From positions 18,972,001 through 19,036,000 of the forward strand of contig NC_092671.1 in the NCBI RefSeq assembly GCF_964355755.1: a stretch of DNA of 64,000 nucleotides, written 5' to 3'. This DNA comes from Antedon mediterranea (Eukaryota; Animalia; Echinodermata). The position numbers and the translations under genes are program-made. Below the pieces are notes generated by a model. It had not been told where the DNA came from, did not search any database, and saw only the letters and a list, made by a program, of their open reading frames with translations. Below, in pieces: positions 12,301 to 25,737 of the stretch (position 1 is the first letter of the stretch; every line of letters begins with the position of its first letter).

Positions 12301-13998
12301 ATTTTCTTCGGTAAGTACAGTATATAAATGTGTGCTTATTTTGATTCCAAACATTATTTAGGTTAATTATTAATAATTACCATTTTAGTTTTGTTATGCA
12401 ATTTTAACCGTTTTAAATATGTCATATGTTATACAGTTTGACAGTAGCTAAATTACTGTTTGTAATTTTAATGTTTTTCTTAATTTTATATAAGGATTTC
12501 CCTGTGGAGTCTATCGATTTTTATTTTAGGTAATCCAGCCTCATTGATTTACTTTTGTCTTTTTTTGTTCAGTTTGATTGCTCGATATATTATAGCTTGT
12601 GTGTATCATTTTACTCACTACCACACAAGGCATCCCAGCATATCAAACAATGTACAGCATTTTCTTTTTAGTACATACTAATTTATTTTTTTTACAAATT
12701 GATCAAAAATACATTGTTTTTATTTGAAAATTAACATTTTATGAGGGTTTATGTCAGAGTTGTAGGAAATACAAATCTTGTGCCAAGACAGGAATGCATA
12801 CACATCATCCTAGACATTGCTTGTTTTATCTAAGAGATCAAAATGTTCATGAACTACAGCAGTTACTGCAGGTATGATCATAGATTGGTACACATTCGAG
12901 TTTTGAGTTTGAAATTTGTTTCAATTCACTATAGGCCTATTAGTGTTCGTAGTGAAAAATGTACTGTGTATATCCGTTATACTGTAAAGTAATCAATTCT
13001 ATATTTTATTTGATATTCAATGTTATCTACAGAATGGGGAAGTAGAATTTGACATAGAACCAAGGAATGGCAACCAAAATGATATATGTACTGTTCAAGA
13101 GCAAAAGGAAACCGGTACAGGTCTAGTAGATCAAATGTGTGGAAAGGATGTGAAAGCTCAACATGCGGGATTGTGCGAGTATGTTTAAATGTTCTATATT
13201 TAATTTTCATTCAAGAACAGTACAGCATGTTCAATTTTCTACAAAACAAATATCGATAATGTACTATTTTAATCAAGCATACTACCATTAGTATCAAAGA
13301 GATTGTAATTGGTTTGTTTGGGGTTTTTCAGAGTGCATTACAAGGAGTATCTTGTCAGTTTGATTAATAAAAATCATATTGATCCAGCTGAAATTTTAAC
13401 TGTTGAAAAGTTGAGAATATGTATCGAACGTCATGACATGAAAGTACCCGAGAAACATCAAATTGAACATGAAGACGTTTACAGACAACGTCTTGTGCAA
13501 GTGAGTATAATGTACAAATCACTATTTTATTATTTTTAAGATAAGATATAGGTTTTAATTACGTCATTTTAATGTCACATTACAGTTATTCACATTGAAT
13601 AAAAAGTTGATCGAAAACTAATCATTCAAAGCAAACAAATAGTCAAATTGTCTGCCAGCCAATGGGTGGGTATTTTGATTGAATTTAACCATTTAGTTTC
13701 TCATTTCCAGGGTTCTTTTTTTCTACGGAACTGTTAACTAAGCTAAAACTACAAAATTGTGATTTTATTAATCTTCAATTTTCATGTTTTTGGAGGACAA
13801 TACAGTACATCTTTAAGTCCAAAGTCATTCCTACAACTACTTTGCGTCAGTCAAACGCAAGAAGTGTCTGGTTCATGTTACGCAATTTATATTGGTACCT
13901 GCTATAATTTAAGAATGTATATCGAATGTATTACTTAAATATTTTAATGTTATTATTCTTCTTTCCAGATGGTGCAGACAAAGTTTCCTATCAATTAA
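3768..13998 (+). CDS. RNF31: HOIP/RNF31-like RBR E3 ligase with LDD (linear ubiquitin chain assembly), 16 exons, about 819 aa, duplicated RING1-IBR
   Basis: Exons: 3768-3983, 6620-6775, 7338-7871, 8483-8674, 8918-9016, 9255-9344, 9606-9716, 10033-10224, 10647-10748, 10932-11021, 11859-11964, 12198-12310, 12758-12871, 13033-13178, 13332-13500, 13969-13998. All introns are GT-AG with consistent phases and there are no internal stops. Motifs: PUB ([33 protein letters not shown]), NZF ([15 protein letters not shown]), two RING1-IBR units, RING2 ([29 protein letters not shown]), LDD ([36 protein letters not shown]). It may be a paralog rather than the 1:1 ortholog. Confidence 0.92.
4805..5945 (+). 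mobile_element. 5'-truncated CR1/L2-group non-LTR retrotransposon RT remnant in RNF31 intron 1
   Basis: [39 protein letters not shown] and [13 protein letters not shown] motifs. There is an internal deletion after YADD and a frameshift near 5495 (ORFs 4858-5532 and 5495-5833). Confidence 0.9.
6083..6190. mobile_element. Tc1/pogo-type MITE
   Basis: TIRs CAGTAGAATCCCC ... GGGGATTCTGCTG flanked by TA on both sides. Confidence 0.65.
8328..8410. mobile_element. Short MITE family copy (PIF/Harbinger-like; core tgtgatgtgcccaaatatgg)
   Basis: Ends gctctgtctaca...tagacagc. The same core recurs at about 11101-11230, 17672-17760, 22652-22770 and 42905-43030. Confidence 0.5.
11101..11230. mobile_element. 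MITE family copy (PIF/Harbinger-like)
   Basis: gctctacctactctatcaaact ... agtttaatagtgtagacagagc inverted ends. Clearly related to 42905-43030. Confidence 0.55.
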
Positions 13999-15840
13999 AA
14001 AGCAGTGATACAGGAATACCGAAAACCTCGAAAAGAAGCCCAGGAAAAGAGCCCATCTCAAAAAGAATCTCCCCTTCCCCCTTTTGGTCTTCAAAAGTAC
14101 CCAAGAGTACTAAAAAGGAAGAACCCGGTTTGAACCGAGGTTTTACTGTAATTTACAACCGATTTTGTTTTCCTTTAAAAAAATATATATATACATATAA
14201 TAAACGACAATATTTAATATTTCAACTTTCAAAACTAGATATTAAAAAATAAATAATTGACTTCAGCTTCTATTAATTAGTGACAATCTTTTTAATGTAA
14301 AATAATTATTGTATTTTTTTCCAATCTAACTTGTTTTAATTATGAATGTGTAATATTATATAGGCTAAAATATCAATAAATAGTTGAAATTAGGAAAATC
14401 AAAACATAACACAATAAAAACTATAATACAACTCATAAGTTACAATATTACCTAGTCGTTTTTAAATTACAAGAGGCAGAAAGGAATCTTTGTGTTATTG
14501 AATAATTGGTGTTTTTTTTTCGTTTTTTTTGTGCAATATCATTGCACAAAATTAATAAATAACAAAATTATGCAAAATTCATTCATTCATATACTGTATT
14601 CTGCTTGATATTTTACATCTATGGGTTTTCTTTTTTCACATATACTTAATTTTACAATATTTGTAAATAAAAAGACTATGATTAGATATTGGTAAAGAAA
14701 TCAAAAATTGAATCGGTTAAAGTTCAAAGTTCAAAAAACATTTATTTATTCAACAATGGCATTATACAGTATGATATAATTATAGGTGTGTACATAATGA
14801 AAACATAGTAATAAGATTTAAGAGAACCCATGGATTTTTACAAAACGGGTTTTTTATTTATATAATTTTATCCCAATTGAATAAGAACTCACAATTAAAA
14901 TTCTCAAATGTGCTTTTAACTATGCAAACATCTGACCAATTGACTTAGCTCACTGAAGCGAAGCTACTTAGTTATTGAAATTGAGGTGGGAAAGCTAAAT
15001 ATAAATTTTTACATTTCTGATTAAAATAAAGCAAATTATAACTGTCATATTTTTATTAATGTTGCTTAACACGTAACTGTACAGACGAAATACATTTATT
15101 GCAATTGTTATTATTCCTTATGGTTCATAGTTTGCATATAAAACTACTTATAATATTGGAATGTCTCCATCACTACTATGTCGTTATTGTCCAACATTGT
15201 TATAATTATGTTTGACAGTGGCTAAATGTTTAAATAGACTATCATGTCGCTCTGTTGAGTTGAGACGTGTGTATCTATATTATAAGTGAGAGAGTTTGTA
15301 CGTTTGTCTGTTACTGCGCGCATCTACACCATGGAGTATCAAAATTACCGCAATTGTACTAGATACAAGGTCATTACGTCATACGTTCACTGGCACGTCA
15401 ACGTAAATGTCCACTTAATCTAAATGTTCACATCTGTCGACGACTAACAGTCAACTATGACCCACGTGGACGTGACTCAAATGTGAGTCCACGTGCCAGT
15501 AGCCTAGCCATGCTGAGATCAGAAACATGCCGTAATAGGGTAGCTGTCGACGTGAACATCTAGAAGTCCCTACTGTTGTTGTCTGGCCGTGTATAAGCCA
15601 TCTCTCACTCTGCACCCGTAAAATAAGTCATAGTACTTGGTTTGAGTAATATGTTGTATTACACAGTACTTATGATAGATACCGGAATACTGTGATTAAT
15701 ACACACATATCAAATATTGAATATTAAAATCACCCCACCGTTCCAGATCAAGTCTTGTCTGGGCAGCGATCTTTTCCGTTTCCCTATTCCATGACTTAAA
15801 ACATTGTCACTATAATGATAGCTTCTGCACTCTCTTCGGT

Positions 15841-15922
15841 TGTTAGTCGCGTGCAAAGGCGACTCTACTGCTTACTATGTCGGTTGGTCGGTTGGTTGGT
15901 CGGTCGGTCGGTAAACACTAAC
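15841..15922 (-). mobile_element. Fragment of HINE/DINE-1-like (Helentron-derived) element end
   Basis: Hairpin agtcgc..gcgact plus actatgtcgg and (GGTC/GGTT)n microsatellite. This is the reverse complement of the end structure at 55805-55937 and is similar to 54985-55064. Confidence 0.55.
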
Positions 15923-16672
15923 TTCCAAGGATATGTGATGATGACTATACTCACTCTCCTCTTTCTGTTTACACGTTCTTTTATTTGAAACGAGAGCATT
16001 TTGGTATTCTAATAACTCATCATAGTAACCTGATTTTAGTTTCTATACCATTAGATTTCCCCCTTTTAGGTCACCTGATTTATTGAAGCTTTGAATAAAC
16101 TATTGTAACCAATTTCTGTACAGAGTTCTCTGTTTAATTTGCTTTACTGTTTCATGCTTAACTGTGGCCTAAATTGTTGCATCTCCGTCTATGTTGCATG
16201 CTGAAAATTGAATTAAAATATATTATATTAGTTAAAGATTAGAATCAAGTTAAGTAACGATTTTAACTTCATATATGCCCATAAATTAGTGTCAAAGATA
16301 AATTACTGATAATAATCAATTGTTTAAACTTATACATTTTCGTTCTTCTATTTTTAGTACCACAAAAATATCATTTTATCATGAACCCTCTATCTAACCT
16401 GATGATATTTACCTTGTTTCAAAATTTAATTATTTATATTGTACACGATATGGTTGTTCTGTATCACGTTTTATGATCATTGTCTTACGATATCACGCCC
16501 CCATGAGTTGATTTTTATTGTGCCATCCATCCAATCAACGGAAAGAATGATGGATGGAAATCGGATTATAACATTCCATATTTAATTATAATTCCCGTAT
16601 ACACACAGAACTGGAAGTTGTTTTTCGCTGATAAGAAACCCTAAGTAAAACTTTTGTTGGCTTTTGTTGACA

Positions 16673-17593
16673 ATGAATTCTACCGAAATAGAATCATCAA
16701 CCACAGTGACAATAATATTCAGAACAGTCATTTTTGTCATCATTATGCTGTTTGCAATTATTGGTAATTCTATAACTCTTGCTGTAATCTACACAGTCGA
16801 ATCACTTCACACAAAAACGTATGTCTTTGTCGCAAAGCTAGCAATCGCAGATCTTTCAGTCGGACTATTCGTAATTCCTATTGTTCTTACTGCTTCTATA
16901 TGTGATGGATGGCCATTTCTACAAGACTGGATCTGCGAGTTTTCTTCTTCTATTACTGGACAGTGCTACTTAACAAGCATTGCCACTCTATGTGCAATAT
17001 CAATTGAAAGATACCATTCTATAATCAACCCTTTACATTACGATTTAAAAATGAGCAAACGGAATGTTATCATTTTGTTATGTTGGACGTGGATTCAACC
17101 TTTTATATTTGTCATCATAGGATTGGGGAAGAACAGATATGACCCTTATTCATTTAATTGTCTGATCAAGTGGGAAGAGAACATTATGTTTTCGATGACT
17201 ATATCTGCTTTATGCATGTTCATTCCGGTTTCAATAACAGTCAAATCATATTACCACATTGGTAAGTTAACTTTTCAGCAACTAAATCGTATTCATAATG
17301 TTACAACACTGGCGTCAAATTCAACAAATATGATAAGGCCCAAGATCAAATCAGCCTTTGTGTTTGGACTTGTCATTGGCACTTTTATGATATTGTGGTT
17401 GCCGTACCAAGTTGTAGTGAATTGTCAGTTATGGAAGGTGCGTTTACCAGATGGGTTTAAAACTATTTCAATGTGGTTAGCGTTATCGACCTCGTCATGT
17501 AACCCAGTAATTTACTCTCTGATGAATAGGACATTTAGACACGGACTTCACCAATTATTCGTCAAAATCTTCGATCGACCATGGTTAAATTAA
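16673..17593 (+). CDS. Intronless rhodopsin-like (class A) GPCR, 306 aa, amine-receptor-like orphan
   Basis: Seven hydrophobic segments with GN (TM1), LAIADL (TM2), C..ERY (TM3), W (TM4), WLPY (TM6) and NPVIY (TM7), plus an N-terminal NST glycosylation sequon. No TM3 Asp typical of true amine receptors. Confidence 0.92.
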   Translation: MNSTEIESSTTVTIIFRTVIFVIIMLFAIIGNSITLAVIYTVESLHTKTYVFVAKLAIADLSVGLFVIPIVLTASICDGWPFLQDWICEFSSSITGQCYLTSIATLCAISIERYHSIINPLHYDLKMSKRNVIILLCWTWIQPFIFVIIGLGKNRYDPYSFNCLIKWEENIMFSMTISALCMFIPVSITVKSYYHIGKLTFQQLNRIHNVTTLASNSTNMIRPKIKSAFVFGLVIGTFMILWLPYQVVVNCQLWKVRLPDGFKTISMWLALSTSSCNPVIYSLMNRTFRHGLHQLFVKIFDRPWLN

Positions 17594-17975
17594 CTGTAAT
17601 TGATTGCCTACTTCATTACAGTTCTATAATTGGCTGTTACAATTTGCTTTGCATATTATGTTAATTCAATAAAGCTCTAAATAGTTTGGCCAAAAAGTGT
17701 AATGTGCCCATATGGTAGTGATATACCCAAATATGGTAGTGATTATGACATCATCGTGTTCATTAAGGGTCCCCACCGATAGTGATTTAGTTCACTTTTG
17801 GAGGGCCCTGTCATCTCATTTTCTGCTGTTATGTATTCTGTTTGTGCATTTTATTGTTTTGAGACGAATAAATGAAATGAAATGAAATATATGAGAACAT
17901 CACATTTTGTTGCCACATAGTTTGTACAGTAATAGTTTCTCTTTATTCTAGTAGGTTCTTTCTCATGCGTTTATC

Positions 17976-18473
17976 TGTAATAAATTACCATTCCTAACAC
18001 AGTATCATAGTGGCTACATGAACATTCTAGAATAAGATGTTATTGTTTAGATTTAAGAAACCATGTATAATTAATAAGAACAATCAGAAAAATTCCAGAA
18101 GTGCTATTAATAGAAACTGTAATCCAATAGAATAAGAAGTATAAGGAATGATCTAGAAGGTTATGACCATAATGTATATAAGGGGAAGTATGACAATTGT
18201 AAGAGGGAGAAGGATTTTTGATTGAGGCATTTATTTTGAAGAAGGTTGGATATTAGAGGTGGTTGGATATTAGAGGTTGGATATTATATTGTAAAGGTTA
18301 TTGTGAAGCTGTTGTTTAAAGTGCTTACTGGAAAGTTGAAGTTGATTGAAATTAAAGCTGTTTTTTAGTTTTTTTACAACTTTGTGGATTTTGTATTTAT
18401 ACTTTTATGTCACAAGGGAGTTCCTAAAGTGTTTTCAACCGCTCGGAAACATACGTAAGAGGAGTTCGTGACA
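17976..18473 (+). mobile_element. Possible solo LTR
   Basis: About 500-bp TG...CA segment with TATA-like (tatataag) and attaaa signals. It appears absent from the paralogous position downstream of GPCR copy 2 (about 21060). No clean TSD. Confidence 0.4.
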
Positions 18474-18883
18474 TAATTATACTGCTAAAAATGTGTTTAT
18501 TAATAATTCATGTATGTAGAAAAGCTACTTTGTTTTATAAACTTGTGGGAATTACTACTACTTATATTATTGCCTACGTCCATCCTTATGATGTCCGACT
18601 TCCTTTCTCAAACTTTCTATCATGTTAAAGTCTAATAATTGTATTTATGTATGGTATAAATAACATACCGTACAAACCAGCAGACAATAGCAGAGAACTT
18701 TGGCTTACATGAAGTCAGGGAAGAGTGAATTTACCCTTTTCCCTGATGAAATATACAAACAAAAGTACATAAAAATATGTAAAAGCTGATTGAAATTGCA
18801 GTACACCAAACATTTAAATCAGGTCTAGATCCTTTTTACTATATCTAAATATTTTCCAAATCTTGAGTGAGATAAGCGTCACA

Positions 18884-21800
18884 TGTTTTATTTATCAAGT
18901 CTTTATCGCACGTTGCCCTGTTTTCATCCTAACCTTTAAAATAACTGATACGGTACAGAAGGCACGGTGCCGGAGATTGAGTGAAATAACTATTCTCAAG
19001 TTCTGTTAATTGCGATTGTCCAAAAAAGAAACGTTTATAGGAACAATACAAAACAACGACTTGATATGTTTTTTAATAAGCCAGAATTCAGAAATACATT
19101 AAGAGATACTTGAAATACATAAAGAGGGAATTGAAGTACATACAAGAGAATTGAAATACATTAAAATAATTGAAATACAGATTGAGGAATGATAAAAGAT
19201 GGCAATGAAAATCTACTAAAATAAGTATATTTACAATAAAGGCCATGCGTTATATAGAATATTATTTGCAATGTACAGCATAGTACAGTTTGTTTATGAT
19301 ATTGGCGTGTTACGATGAGAGAATACTTATACTTAAATATTGCTAAACTGTTTCACCGTATAAGTCATTAAAGGTAATGTACATGATACTAAAGTATGTA
19401 TAGCAACCACATTCATGTCTACCTTGTAATCTGCCATTTGGTAGATCTTCTTTCTAAGTTCTCTATTGTTCTTCTTTTAGTTCAGAATAAAGTATTACGG
19501 TTTGTAATCTTTCATCTATCATTTTCTTTTCTCTTCTTCACAATTTTCAACAGTCCTTGAATTATATTTTATATCGGTTCGAGTAACGTTAAGTAACGAG
19601 TTTATCCTTATATAATTTAGTGTCAAAGACACTTATGTTATTACAAATACTATTGACTGATATTCATCACTTGTTTAATCTTTTATAATTTTGTTTTTTT
19701 ATTACCAACAAAAACTATTTTATCATGAATCCTCTATATCTAACCTGGTAATATTTACCTTGTTTCAAAAGTAATTATTTATAACGTACACGATATTGAA
19801 TCCGTCTCACGTTTTATGATAATCTTCTTACAATATCACGCCCCCATAAGTTGAATTTCGTGCACATTCATTCAATCAGCGAAAGCAATGCTGAAGTCAG
19901 ATTAAACATATTCTATATCATGTTTCTGGTATACACGTATAGAAAGTAAAGTAAAGTGAAGTTGTTTTCGTTTGATATTGTTGGCAATGAATTCTACCGA
20001 AATAGAATCATCAACCACAGTGACAATAATATTCAGAACAGTAATTTTTGTCATCATTATGCTTTTTGCAATTATTGGTAATTCTTTAACTCTTGCTGTA
20101 ATCTACACAGTCGAATCACTTCACACAAAAACGTATGTCTTTGTCGCAAATCTAGCAATCGCAGATCTTTCAGTCGGACTATTCGTTATGCCTATTGTTC
20201 TTACTGCTTCTATATGTGAGATAGATGGCCATTTTTACAAGACTGGATCTGTGAGTTATCTTCTTCTTTGATTGGACAGTGTTACTTAACAAGCATTGCT
20301 GCCTTATGTGCAATATCAGTTGAAAGATACCATTCTATAATCAACCCTTTACTTTATGAATCAAAAAAGAGCAAACGGAATGTTATCATTTTGTTATGTT
20401 GGACGTGGATTCAACCTTTTATATTTGTCATACGTTTGGGGAAGAACAGTTATGATCCTTATTCATTTATTTGTGCACTCAAATTGGAAGACAACATTAT
20501 TCTTGCAATGTCTATATCTGCTTTGTGTATGTTCATTCCTGTTTCATTAACAGTCAAATCATATTACCACATTGGTAAGTTAACTTTCCAGCAACTAAAT
20601 CGTATTCAGAATGTTACAACAGTCGCATCGAATTCGACAAATATGATTAGGCCCAAATCAGCAGTTGTGTTTGCAATTGTCATTGGTACTTTTATGGTAT
20701 TGTGGTTGCCGTACCAAGTTGTAGTGAATTGCCGGTTATGGAAGGTGCGTTTACCAGATGGGTTTAAAACTATTTCAATGTGGTTGGCGTTATCGACCTC
20801 GTCATGTAACCCAGTAATATACTGTCTGATGAATAGGGCATTTAGAGACGGACTTAACAAATTAATCCTCAAAACGTTCGATCGCTATAGACCATGGTCA
20901 TAATTGACTTCTGGGCTACTTAAAAGAAATACGTTGATTGATTAATTCATTACTGTTCTATAATTGACTTCTAACATTTCCAGTGCATATGTTAATCAAT
21001 TAGCTGAAGACAGTAGCAGTTTCTCTTTATTCTAGGACGTTCTCTTTCATTTTGTTAAATGCGTTTATTATTATGCCTGTGTGTTATTTACTTAATTTGT
21101 TTTATAGACATCTCCCGTTTGGTAATAACGCATCAACAATGTACAATCAACAAAATAGAATCTATTCAACAATGTTTCGCTCTATATTATGTGTCTCAGG
21201 ATAATTTTAATCTACAGTATTATTCCTAGCTCCTTCCATTATATTTATGATGTTTAATATTGAATAATGTTTAAATTCTTTAAAATGAAATTCGTTATTA
21301 AATTTCACTTCTTAGATGCTCTGGTTGTGGTAAATAATAAATTTGTTTTTAGACACGTCCTCCGGTACCAACGCATTTTCCACTCTACTTTTATTTATTT
21401 TTTCTTAGCTTGTGGGAAACCCATCCAATTAAAGTCACATATTTTATGTTTTTTTATTTTAACTGTTCTGTCACAGAATGGTACCGTACTTATAGTGAAT
21501 GCATTTTGTTGCTATTCTTCTACAATCCTACTGGTGCCAGTAACATTTTATTTGTATCCAAAGTATGTTTGTATGTGTAAATGAGTTATTAAATTGTTTT
21601 AAACATTCACCGAGCGTGTACTCTTTAGGCGAACATCATAGATAAGTCGTTGTTAATAAAGCATTTACACATAAGAAATATACAGGATGAACGCCTCCGA
21701 GCGGGAGGAATATGTAAACAATATACTCAACACAGAGAATGAATGAGGACATCTTGATTGAGATTAAGAGAGGCAAATAATGAAAACAATAGCGGACAAA

Positions 21801-22636
21801 AACAATGGATGGGACATAGAATTAGAAGAATCTTTAGAGGAAGATGTGAAAGCAAGAAGAGGAAAGAAAGGGAGCTATGAAAGACAGATTAAAACCCCGT
21901 AATTATTCTGAACTAAAAAATAACCACCAAATAGAAAACTAAGGAAGAAAACAACCAAATAGCAGATTACAAGAGAAGGAGGCAGACATACAGTACATTA
22001 GTACCATAAATAAAGTGTATCAGTGAAAAAAAAACAGTTTAACAATATTTCAAATGTTGTATTATTATATCGCCAGATTCAGAATATAATTTTGTTATTG
22101 CTTTCATTGTACAAAAAGGTTTCTGTCATTATTAACATTTATCGTAACAAGATCATAAACAAATTGTAGTATGTACATTACATTGTAAAGAATGTTATGC
22201 TTTACAATGTAGGCCTACTGGCCATTATTGTAAATGTGCTTATTTCAGTAGTTTTTCATTGCCAACTGTTATCGTTCTTTTTCCATTTTCAATTATTTTA
22301 ATGCAGACCTACTGTATTTCAATTCTCTCTTATGTACTTCAATTCCCTCTTTATGTACTTCAAGTATAACTCTTAATGTATTTCTGAATTTTGTCTTATC
22401 AAACCATATCAATTTTGTTTTATTTTTCCTATAAATGTTTCTTCTTTGGACAATCGCAATTAACCGAACGTGAAAATAGTGATTTCACTCAATCTTCGGC
22501 AGTGTCTGCTGTACGTACGAATATAGCATTGTTTTCCAGCATCATACCATGTCTCCGTGATCCTGTATCATTGAACTAATTTAAGGTTAGGGTGAAAATA
22601 GGGTAACGTGCGATAGAGACGTGATAAATAAAAACA
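18884..22636. repeat. Diverged inverted repeat pair (arms about 18884-19316 and 22140-22636) enclosing GPCR copy 2
   Basis: tgttttatttatcaagtctttatcgcacgttgccctgttttcatcctaacctt at 18884 matches the reverse complement of 22583-22636. Similarity continues inward with indels for more than 400 bp. Confidence 0.75.
19987..20903 (+). pseudogene. Frameshifted tandem paralog of the class A GPCR
   Basis: Near-identical to 16673-17593, but a 2-nt insertion near 20218-20221 (TGTGA-GA-TAGATGG versus TGTGA-TGGATGG) splits it into ORFs 19972-20271 and 20268-20903. Upstream non-coding DNA (about 19585-19890) also aligns to about 16250-16560. Confidence 0.85.
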
Positions 22637-23529
22637 TTATTAAAAATGTAAAAGCCTACACTCTCAAACTAGTTTGACGACAAAAGAAAGTATGATGTGG
22701 CCAAATATGGTAGTGACGTGGCATCATCGTGTCCATATTATGGGCATATTACATTTTCTTTGTCACATAAAATTGTTTATATTTTGAATAAATGAAATGT
22801 ATTAATGTTTACAGTATCTAATTAAGCAGTTAGGTTTTCTTTGATATGACCTATACAGTTTATATGAGTTTAAAGGGAGTCAATTATGTATTTCATTTTT
22901 TTTCATTTATCTTTTTATTTCGGAATATCATGGTGACATAATATTATATCCATAGCAAAAAAGAGAAAAAAAAATCTTAATCTAACAGCTCATAGAACAA
23001 AAACAAAGATATGTAAATATATAAAGTCAATGCAACAAAGCATTCCATTGTATGTGTATTCTTGACTGTCGTTACATTGTATAATGTATGAATAAGGGAG
23101 AACAATGGATATAGGTAGGTTACTCCCACACTGTATGTTACCTTTTAAAAGAAATTAACTTTCCTCTCATCTAATATTCGTATCCGTCAGCCTCGTAGTC
23201 GTAACTACGGTATAACAAGTCTTTCGTTCCTCAATCAATTGCTACTTGTAATAACCATGTTTCAAGATAATCTGCTTCTGATGGAGAGAACACTTGGATC
23301 ATAATTTTGAAATAGACATTTGATGTATACTTTCAAATTTGTTTTTATTGTATATACAAAGTATTGTTCTGTACTTTTTTTTTTAATGTTTTCAGCATTG
23401 TTGATGTACTTTAAACTGCAGTGTATTAACAAAGATTTTGGATTTCTAATTTGTTTAAATTAGACCAATAAAAGATGGATTGAATAAAATCCCCAAAATT
23501 ATAAAACATAGGGAAAATATGCAAAGTTA

Positions 23530-25217
23530 AAGTTAGAAGAAGGGACAAACTAGTTGTAAGATTTGACATGACATGCATCCCAGATGCATACAGAGTAGAT
23601 ATTGCAAACCGTTATGAGGCATTAATAGCAGTAGCAGATGAACTGACTGAGTTGTGGGAAGAAACAAAAGATACAACCTTATCTGTGGCAAAGAAACATA
23701 TTCCAAAAAGAAGGCGGAAACAGTCAAAGTGGATGACAGAAGAAACCTTAAAACTCATAGAAGAGAGAAGGAAGATGAAGAAAGGCGGTATTAGTATAGC
23801 CTGTGCAGAATACAGGGAGGCAACAGCTGAAATCCAAAGGGCCAGTAGGAGGGACAAGAAGCAACATTTACTGGAGAAGTGTGACACAATAGAATCACAC
23901 CATAGAGCAGGTAACAGCAAGGCAATGTATGCAGAGATTAAGCAATTGACTAGAAAGTTCACTCCCCAATTATCTGTCATCAAGAACAAACAAGGAAACA
24001 CCTTCACTGAAACAGCTGACTGATATATGAAACATCGTGGCACTTGTGATCACATCTTCAACCTTCAAATGCTGATTCGCAAATGTCTGGAAATGCAGCA
24101 AGATTTGTTCATCTGTTTTGTAGATTACTTAAAAGCTTTTGACAATGCCAGATATAACCAACTCTGGTCCATTATGATGAAGATGGGGTTTCCAGCACAT
24201 GTGATAGAGTTAATTAGAAAACTTTACCAAGGTCAGCAATCAGCAGTCAGTCTTGAGTGTGGAACAACTGATTGGTTTAACATTGAGAAGGGCGTCCGAC
24301 AGGGCTGCATTCTTTCTCCAGCTCTGTTCAACATTTATACAGAAGACATAATGCGAGAAGCTATGACAGAAGAACGGTCTGAAAGTTACGATCTGCTACA
24401 CGTTGGAGGGAAAACTTTGGGTGACCTAAGATATGCAGACGATGCTGCATTGATGTCAAAGTCAAGACCTGGCCTCAGCAGATTTGTTGACTCAGTGAAT
24501 GAAGAAGGCGTATCTCATGGTCTAAAAATGAATGCGAAAAAGACCAAAGTCATGACTGCTTCTTAGCAAGTGGCAAATGAAAACAAGCAGAGCATAGAAA
24601 TAAGAGGATCCGCATTGGAGGAGGTTGATAATTCCATGTACCTTGGCGCCAGGATACAAGGAGATGGAGATAACACCAAAGAAATCAGAAGCAGATTGGC
24701 CATGGGATTGCAAGCTCTCACTGGGATGAAAAAGATGTGGCGTGGACAAGACAAAGTGACCAAGTTGCGCATTCTCAAACCATGTGTCTTTCTAGTGGCC
24801 ACATATGCCTGCAAGACCTGGGTACTGCGCAAGAGGGATGAAAAATTCATCACAGCCTTTGAAAACAAATGCTACCGAAGGATCTTGAGAGTCCCATGGA
24901 CTTAACACCGCACAAATGATAGCATAAGAAAGGAGCTTAGAGTATCAAATGATTGGTTGCTGCAGTATGTTAAAAAACAGAAATTGTGCTATTTTGGTCA
25001 CATTAAGCGGCAAGATGGAATGGAGAAGAGAGTGTTGGAGGCTTATATTCCAGGGAAGAGAAGAAGAGGAAGACCAAGATGCAAATGGGAAAAGACTATA
25101 ACAGATGTGTTTGGCTCTATGGAGCAAGCAGGTAGATGACAGAGAACAGGAGACGGTCTCAGAATGCTGTTAGAGAAGCCACGCTCTGATCAGAGTTTGC
25201 TTTGACGACGACGACGA
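23530..25217 (+). mobile_element. Truncated, internally deleted RTE-clade LINE
   Basis: RGTCDHIFNL, FVDYLKAFD, GVRQGCILSP, LRYADD, YLG, AFENKCYRRILRVPW and GKRRRGRP motifs. In-frame stops, a deletion near 24020, and a (GAC)n 3' tail at about 25204-25217. Confidence 0.92.
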
Positions 25218-25417
25218 GGGAAAATATAGATCGATAATTATTGGAATGTACGTATGATCAATCACCTGACTTTTTTTATTTGTTTACTCTAATTTAAAAT
25301 GGGGGAACACTCTCTGTATTCAATAGTTTTATATAGATACGAAAGATTCACAATTACAATAACACAAATTCTATTTCATATTATACTTACAGGTATCATT
25401 TAATACACATACTATCC

Positions 25418-25717
25418 TCCTATTGTCTTCCATAATGTCTAGTCTATAAAAGCATGCTCCTTTTATACTACTGTGTAAATTGTTGGTTATAAAAGTTGCC
25501 AAATGGAAAATGTTTAAGGGCGCTCAATTAATTTAACGTGTTGAATTCATTTCAATCTTGTTGAAAATCTAACCTCTATACGTTTTGACGTAATAAATGT
25601 GGCCTCACACCTATTGTCTTCCATAATGTCTAGTCTATAAAAGCAAGCTCTTTTATTATTTTACTGTGTAATTGTTGGTTATAAAAGTTGCCAAATTGAA
25701 ATGTTTGAGGGCGCTCC
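25418..25717. repeat. About 105-bp direct duplication upstream of UBE2Z
   Basis: cctattgtcttccataatgtctagtctataaaagc...agggcgctc occurs at about 25419-25525 and 25611-25716. Confidence 0.8.
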
Positions 25718-25737
25718 ATAAGGAAAAAGTTTATTAG

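Noticed and set aside
13926-14252. 108-aa ORF as the last RNF31 exon
   Set aside because: The phase-0 splice at 13969 uses another frame (MVQTKFPIN-stop), which matches where HOIP ends. The listed ORF is mostly 3' UTR.
15274-15506. Possible non-autonomous Helitron (TC start, hairpin, CTAG)
   Set aside because: The termini are ambiguous and there is no second copy in the window to define boundaries.
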